A stretch of DNA of 37,985 bases from Vezdaea acicularis (Eukaryota). Every line of letters begins with the position of its first letter. The stretch's first letter is position 1. The translations under genes were made by a program, and so were the position numbers. Positions 32,440 through 37,985 of this stretch are shown in pieces. The stretch lies in NCBI GenBank assembly GCA_026025075.1, contig JAPEUI010000143.1, forward strand, positions 1 through 37,985, written 5' to 3'. Below the pieces are notes generated by a model, which worked only from the letters and a program-made list of their open reading frames with translations, made no database searches and had not been told where the DNA came from.

Positions 32440-33224
32440 CCTACTCCTCCTCGTCCTCCTCCTCTGTTCTCAGAGCAACAAACCCCGCTGCTTCCGCTCC
32501 TATCACAGAAGAAAGAAGTGCGTCCGCGCTCCCGTAGGTCTCGTGCGTTCTCCCCCCCCCTTAACCCTCTCTTATCTGCGCAGAAACCACAACGTCCACT
32601 CCTGTCCAAGCAGCGAGAGACGACTATACGCACCGAGTGCGTGGGAAGAGGGGAGAGGGAAGGACGGGCGGGGGAGGTGAATGCTGCGGCGCGAGCTGTT
32701 TCTTATCCTCAAGACCTTCGTGCGGGAACGTTGCAAACGGATGGGAAGAGTCTAGAAGAAGAAGTTGGGGGGGGGGAGGTGGGTAGGGGGGGTGCAGGTA
32801 TCCGAGTCGGATAAAGAGGCGGGCGTGCTGGGGTTACATGCGGCTAGCCAACCCATTGCGTTGCCCTTTCTACAGTGAGATGACAGAAGGCTGAACGCTG
32901 TAGCGAAACTCCGATCAAAGAATCCTCATGCTGCAACCAATATCTCGGCATCGACGAACGCTATGATGATTGAATTTGAAAAAGATCAATTTGCTCGTTT
33001 TGCTAATCCGGGGGGACTTTTTTGCGAACGACTTGTATTGGTGTCTATCTGGTTCCCCCCCTTCCCCCCCACCCTAAAGTAGCAAACATCAAAAGCCCCC
33101 CGACCAATGAAAAACGAATGTAACGCACCTACCATGCACGCGCGCCCCACAGCAAACAAGAGGCCGGTGTTTGGTAACGAGGGCGTCTGGGAGTTCGGAT
33201 CTCGGCACGAAAATACAGGTTTAA

Positions 33225-33445
33225 CTGTTTCCTTCAGCGGACCGCGCATGGGGGTGGAAGCGGACGGTGCTGTACACACTGATGCCTTTGTTTCTGTTCT
33301 TGGTTTGATTGTCGTAGGGGTAAAAGGGGTGAATGGAGAAGAGGGCGAGGGCGAGGAGAGAGGTCGAAGAGGGGAGAGGGGGTGGAAGAGGGGGCGTAGC
33401 GTGTAGAGATAATTGAGGGAGAGATATGAGGGTAGGGTGGCTCAC
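33225..33445 (-). other. Putative intron in the 3' UTR (or a downstream ORF) of the RPL29 transcript
   Basis: Donor CCC/GTGAGC at 33445, a long C/T-rich interior, and gctgaa..ggaaaCAG acceptor ending 33225. The same ctgaa-type branch site occurs in intron 30717-30775. Confidence 0.5.
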
Positions 33446-33643
33446 GGGTTTGCAGCAGGGAGGGAGCGGCTGCTCTGGGCCGTTGACGGATGTACTTGGT
33501 GAGCTTGTTGACCTACGGCTTTCTTGAGAACCCTGGCCCTCCTTGAGCCTGCAGTGAATGTCCCGACAGCCGCAAGCGATACCGTGAGCCCTCAGCCTTG
33601 TGCGATCTGAAGCACAGAAAGTAATCATCGCGATCCAGCCTTT

Positions 33644-34156
33644 CTAAGCCGTCTCTCGCTTCCCCTCCTTGAACTCCTTCTGTAATTCGAACAAACACCC
33701 GAGTCAGCAAAAATCATTCACATATCCTCATCGCTCCACCTCTCAGGAGACATGGCACATACCAACGCTTTCATAGTCCCGTGCAGCGCATGCTTGTGAT
33801 TCCGCCTGAACTTGGGGTCGGTGCCCTTGAGGGAAGGATAGCGGTTCGTCTTGGGCTTTTTGATGCTGGGTCGCACGAGTGGTCAGCTTGGTCTCTGGTC
33901 TAAATTGCAGTTCCATCTTGCGTCTCATCAAGACCTCTAGCTCCGGAAGCAGAGCAGTGTTCGTGAAGATTGAAGAGAGAAAAGTTGCGTTTGAATCGGT
34001 TTTATAATAGAGGGGCAAGAAAGAAAGACGTACCCATTCCGATGCGCCTTCTTGCTCTGATTATGCTGCGACGAATTCTTCGACTCTGGAGGACGAGCAG
34101 GTGAGTAAAACCAACGGTACACATATCAGATACAATTTTGGGTACTTACTCGCCAT
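33644..34156 (-). CDS. RPL29: 60S ribosomal protein L29 (eL29), 65 aa
   Basis: Exons 34156-34150 (7 nt coding), 34085-34034, 33865-33763, 33679-33644 give [65 protein letters not shown]. Not called by the ORF track. Confidence 0.97.
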
Positions 34157-34438
34157 TGCGTCTGATGTGAAGGGAGTGAGGATTGAGGATCTGAAGGAAA
34201 TTCGTGGACGGGGTTCGCGTTGGGTGAAGTTTGGCGAAATCCCGCCAAGGCGTTTGGTTAGGGCTGGAGAACCCTTCGCACGTGATGGTGCGGTGGAAAT
34301 TTTCCACGGAACGATGCATGGACAACAAGCCCTCTTAGGTTCAGGCAGGGGCGATTTCAGAGCAGAGCAGCTCCGCTCATGACAATGGAGTGGTAAGTAT
34401 TCACGATTCAATCGCGATTCAAGAGAGAGCCAGTCGGT

Positions 34439-34446
34439 TGTGACAG
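34439..34446 (+). promoter_or_regulatory. Homol-D-like element (TGTGACAG, one mismatch to TGTGACTG) upstream of RPL29
   Basis: About 285 bp upstream of the RPL29 ATG. Homol D is a known ribosomal-protein promoter motif in several fungi. Confidence 0.3.
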
Positions 34447-34593
34447 AGCAGCTACATCTCCAACTACTTTTTGCGTTGGCTAGGCATCTCCCATCACACA
34501 CTGCGGCTAGTATTGCTTTTATGTCATCTAATTGACTACATGATTATTTCTACGCGACCCATCAGCGGGCAGCTTTGCAGTCCAGGCAAGACA

Positions 34594-34658
34594 AAGCCAA
34601 GCCAAGCCAAAGCAAGCCAAGCCAAAGCAAGCCAAGCCAAAGTAAGCCAAGCCAAGGC
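34594..34658 (+). repeat. Minisatellite: four copies of 15-bp AAGCCAAGCCAAAGC built from AAGCC pentamers
   Basis: Units start at 34599, 34614, 34629 and 34644 (the last two with one substitution each), preceded by an extra aagcc. Confidence 0.9.
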
Positions 34659-35148
34659 ATGCCAGCCTCCCGAACCCTCCAAGCCATGGTCCCCCAATCC
34701 GTCAGACAGAGCAGAGCCGGGCAGGAAAAAGCAGACCGAGCCAGATACCGAGCCCGGCTTGTCATGCACTGCCTAACTAGTCATTCGTTCAGTCATCTTC
34801 GCCCGCCCTCCTAGCTCAGCAAAGGTATTAGACACAGACGCCATACATTCTTTCTTGCAGGTAGCTTCTGTCCGTGAGAATGACCGCAAGAGAGAAAGTC
34901 CCGAAAAGGAAAAACCGACGCAAAAATCAAGTTTAGAGGAGCAAAATAGCAGTTGGTTCATTAAAGCTTTTTTCTGAGATGTAATTTCTTTTCCCTTGCC
35001 ACGTGAGAGGGTGAAACCTTAGGAAGCCGAAAAGAAACAAGATTGCCCGAGAACACGGTTACGCCGAAACTGCCCAAAATGCCCCCGTGGTATATGCGAG
35101 AATTATGAAATTTCTGCCATGAGATCGATTGATGGGGGTGCTTGAAAG

Positions 35149-36674
35149 TTATGAGTGGAGGACGTCCCAGGCTTCGGAGATGAGCGACATGAATTTCTCC
35201 TTCTTCTTGCCGTTGATGTCGAGGATGTCCCTTCTCTCGTAGCCGCGCTCCCGCTCCTGTTCTTCTCGTCGACCGAGTGGTGGACTGCTGTTATCTTGTT
35301 CGTACTCCGCACGGGTTCGTCTGCGGCCGCTTTGGCCTCTAATCTCGCCATTCGGTTGCGGATGCGTGGGTTTCTGGGGTGTCATGTTACTGTGTGTGAG
35401 GGGAGAGGGTGGGGTGGGCGGCTGATGGCCTCCATAGTGCACAATCTTCGGGAGAAGTTCCTCACGCCCGCCAGCGAGAGCTGCAACAGCTTCCTCGGAA
35501 GAGCGGAATTCTCGGGGTCGGGTCAGAGGTGCCGTTGGTGGCTCGCGAGTGTTTCCTGGAGAGGGGAACTGAGGACGGTGGTTCGAGTGTGACGAGTTCG
35601 AGTTCGAGTTGTTGGCGTTGTTATTGTTCGAATATTGGAAGCTGCTACGAGTGGCCGACTCTCGTTCTCGATGTTGACCTAGCCGTTCGGAAGCGAACAC
35701 GTCGGTGATGGGTGGTAGGCGGTTTGCCGTCTGCTGAGCGGGCACATGATGGATATGCGAGCTATTTGACAGATTTGACGGTTGATTCACGACATGGCGA
35801 GTCATGGGGTGATTTCGATTTAACCCGGTGAAGGTCTGATTGAGCGGGGCTGATTGTACCACTCTATGCTCGTTCGCGAAGTTCTCGGCGGCAGGTGGTA
35901 CGATCGATAGCCCCGCTGGTTTTCTTCGAGATGTCGATGGTGCCTTGGCCATTCCAGGGAAGGGGTTCATTTCCCCCGTCGGCGCACCCCCGTCACCGGG
36001 ACCATCTCCCTTGGCGGACTTGTTGAGCCGCGACTCGATGATATGTCGCTGTTGATCCCGGACGGAGATGCTCCGCTGCAGCTGTTCCCGCATGGTCGGA
36101 TCCTGCGTGGAGAAGCCAGGTGAGAGACAGGCCAGGCCGACGTCTTGCATTCCTAGGGCACTATTGCTCTCCCGTCCGGTCATGGGACCTCCCGTGCGAG
36201 GACCTTGGGTTCGATTCGAGTTTGAATCTTTCGACAGGTCGAGCTTGGAGGGGCGATGGCGTGAGGTGGGGAGACCTGGCGAGCCCGGTTCTTTCTTAAC
36301 GATGATCTTGGGGTGGTGGCCGTTTCGGAATCTTTGCGGTGCGTGTCAGTATGTAACACTCGAGGGGACCTCTGACCAATGAAGTTTGGGACATTTCGTG
36401 TATCACAAACAATCACAGCAGAGGGGAGGGAAAACAACAGGACGTACGCTTTGGGTGAGGTCTTGCCGTCAGCCGCGGTCTTTGGAGAGACTCGACTGCT
36501 TGAGATGATGGATGGATGTGGAGGAGTCGAGGTCGCATTCGCCGACGACATCGATGGAGTCGGTGCGACCGACGAAGTCGACGCGGCGTTTGCGTATGCT
36601 CGTGGGCTCGGACTATGCTCGTCGACCGGCTGATGCAACGGAGCAGCCATGCTGGAGGCAACGGCCGTCGACAT
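35149..36674 (-). CDS. Uncharacterised, mostly disordered protein with two MAPK docking motifs (candidate Dig1-like regulator), ~469 aa
   Basis: Exons 36674-36448 and 36331-35149 (gtacgt..ctgac..aag, 116 nt). Conserved-looking islands VGLACLSPGF...QRSISVRDQQRHIIESRL, VQSAP and KKEKFMSLISEAWDVLHS; many SP/TP sites. Confidence 0.8.
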
Positions 36675-37207
36675 TGAGGAGATTGGGGTTCGGGGGATTT
36701 AAGACGACCGAAGCCTTTGACCGGCGACGAGATGAGGTGTCCTCGTAAAAACGGGGGTCGTGACTCGTTCGCAGGACGTCGTCTTTGATCGCGACAGTGA
36801 AAATTATTGATGCAGGACAGCGATGGTGCTTGTGATTTGAGCGAGCGACGTTGATAATGCAGAAAAGAAAACTGTTGGCAGCGGTTGGTTCGGTGTGGGT
36901 CGGTGCGGCACGGACGAGGTGCGGAAGCAAAAGCCGCGACGTTCACAGGCGTGGAGAAGCGCGCGCAGCAGGGGAGAGGGCGGCTGTCGTGGAGAGGTTG
37001 GCGCCACGCACACACAAACAGTAGCAATGAGTGAGAGGGGGGAGAAAAGAAGAGGCTCACAACAACAAACGATCGATGGGTGTGAAGGAGGGCTGTTGGT
37101 GTAGGAAGGAGAAGAGCGCACGGAGGTTGGTGTGGTGGATGATGATGGAGGCGGCGAGGGGGAGAGAGAGGGTGTGTCGCAGGTTCGCCAGCAGCCGGAG
37201 CAGCAGG

Positions 37208-37222
37208 AGCAGCAGCAGCAGC
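37208..37222 (+). repeat. (AGC)5 microsatellite within a degenerate GCA-rich tract
   Basis: agcagcagcagcagc. Confidence 0.7.
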
Positions 37223-37476
37223 AACAGCCAGCAGGACGGCTAAACCGCTAAGGCGAGTGTCGCAGCTAAAAGGAGGGGTGCGCCGTGCGTGCGGCCGGCG
37301 TCCCCCCCCCCGTGCAGGACTCGCACCGCACGCTCGCACGGTAGACGTTTGGGATTCGCGATCTAGCGGGCGCAGAGGAATCGCGAGGGGCGGTCGTGAA
37401 TGCGCCGGCCGGGGGAGAGGGGGGTTTGAAGGGAGGGTGAGAGGGAGGTGGTATTGGCGGTGGTCGTGGGGAGTTG

Positions 37477-37513
37477 GTGGTGAGTGGTGAGTATTGAGTG
37501 GTGGTGAGTGGTG
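37477..37513 (+). repeat. Degenerate (GGTGAGT)-like short repeat
   Basis: gtggtgagtggtgagtattgagtggtggtgagtggtg. Confidence 0.5.
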
Positions 37514-37888
37514 TTACGGGCGGTCGATGCAGGTGAGACAAATGCAGCACTCGAGCCGACGAGATCTGGAAGGTGAAAGTGCAGCACCGTCTTTTGCTTC
37601 TTGCTGACCTCGCCCCGAGGATCAGGGGAGTGCAATCCTGATCATCTCGATATCATGCTACATCCAGTCGTCCGCGGGGGAGCATTGGGCACCGCGAGGG
37701 ACGCTGCCCCCCCCCCCCCTCGTCATCCAGTTCGGGACATGATAAGATGAGATGCGATGGGAAGGGAAGGGGACGGGGCTGGCCGAGGCGGATGCAGCGC
37801 CAGGACCTGCACTTGCTGCACGCCTGCGACGGGACTGCGGGATCGGGGGCTTGACCATGAGCGAGGCACCGGGACGAGCAGCAGTAGG

Positions 37889-37912
37889 AGCAGCAGCAGC
37901 AGCAGCAGCAGC
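37889..37912 (+). repeat. (AGC)8 microsatellite
   Basis: 24 nt of perfect AGC repeat. Confidence 0.85.
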
Positions 37913-37985
37913 GGCCGTTGGGGCTCCGGCCGCAGGAGGAAGCCGAGCGGACAGGCGGGGGCGGCGGAGAGGGGGACGGGGAGAC

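Noticed and set aside
33866..34033. Box C/D snoRNA in RPL29 intron 2 (TGATGA..CTGA)
   Set aside because: The span is only about 50 nt, the D box coincides with the branch site, and I could not identify an rRNA guide. An Rfam or snoscan search would settle it.
34471..34814. Repetitive ORFs (SQAKA, WLGLL, KPSQS repeats)
   Set aside because: All frames are open only because of the 15-bp minisatellite.
36413..37339. 308-aa minus-strand ORF
   Set aside because: GTG start, low-complexity, and out of frame with the real gene; better explained as a C-rich 5' leader.
1..37985. Transposons, tRNA/rRNA genes, CRISPR arrays, secondary-metabolite cluster, stwintrons
   Set aside because: I saw no transposase or RT motifs, terminal repeats, RIP-like AT-rich tracts, tRNA boxes, spacer arrays, PKS/NRPS domains or nested splice signals on manual reading. 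tRNAscan and Rfam were not run.

Overview
Eukaryotic, intron-containing, gene-dense DNA from a filamentous ascomycete (Pezizomycotina-like). Introns are short (about 48-170 nt), mostly GT-AG, with CTRAY branch sites. I reconstructed 19 protein-coding genes by hand; two of them (the 5' part of RIT1 and a 4-exon RPL29) are missing from the ORF track. In order: RIT1 (partial), a cytochrome b561-domain protein with a long disordered tail, a Cys-rich GPI-anchored protein, ADE5,7, THR1, an AA9 LPMO, LOC1, an Eht1/Mgl2-type alpha/beta hydrolase, an Scc4/MAU2 cohesin loader, TIM8, VPS68, a SET/MYND protein, a mitochondrial GGQ release-factor-like protein, three uncharacterised proteins (coiled-coil, possible augmin HAUS8-like, possible Rrg8-like), a 206-aa fungal hypothetical protein, RPL29, and a disordered protein with two MAPK-docking motifs (possible Dig1-like). 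I saw no transposon, tRNA, rRNA, CRISPR array or secondary-metabolite cluster. I cannot support a wholly new multi-gene system. The best leads are: the candidate Dig1-like MAPK partner with an ~970-nt AUG-free leader; the candidate augmin subunit; a probable 3'-UTR intron and downstream ORF in RPL29; the AA9 gene's GC-AG intron, 18-nt micro-exon and internal Kex2-like site; a structured element between ADE5,7 and THR1; and strict strand alternation of 12 consecutive genes. Family assignments come from remembered motifs, not database searches.
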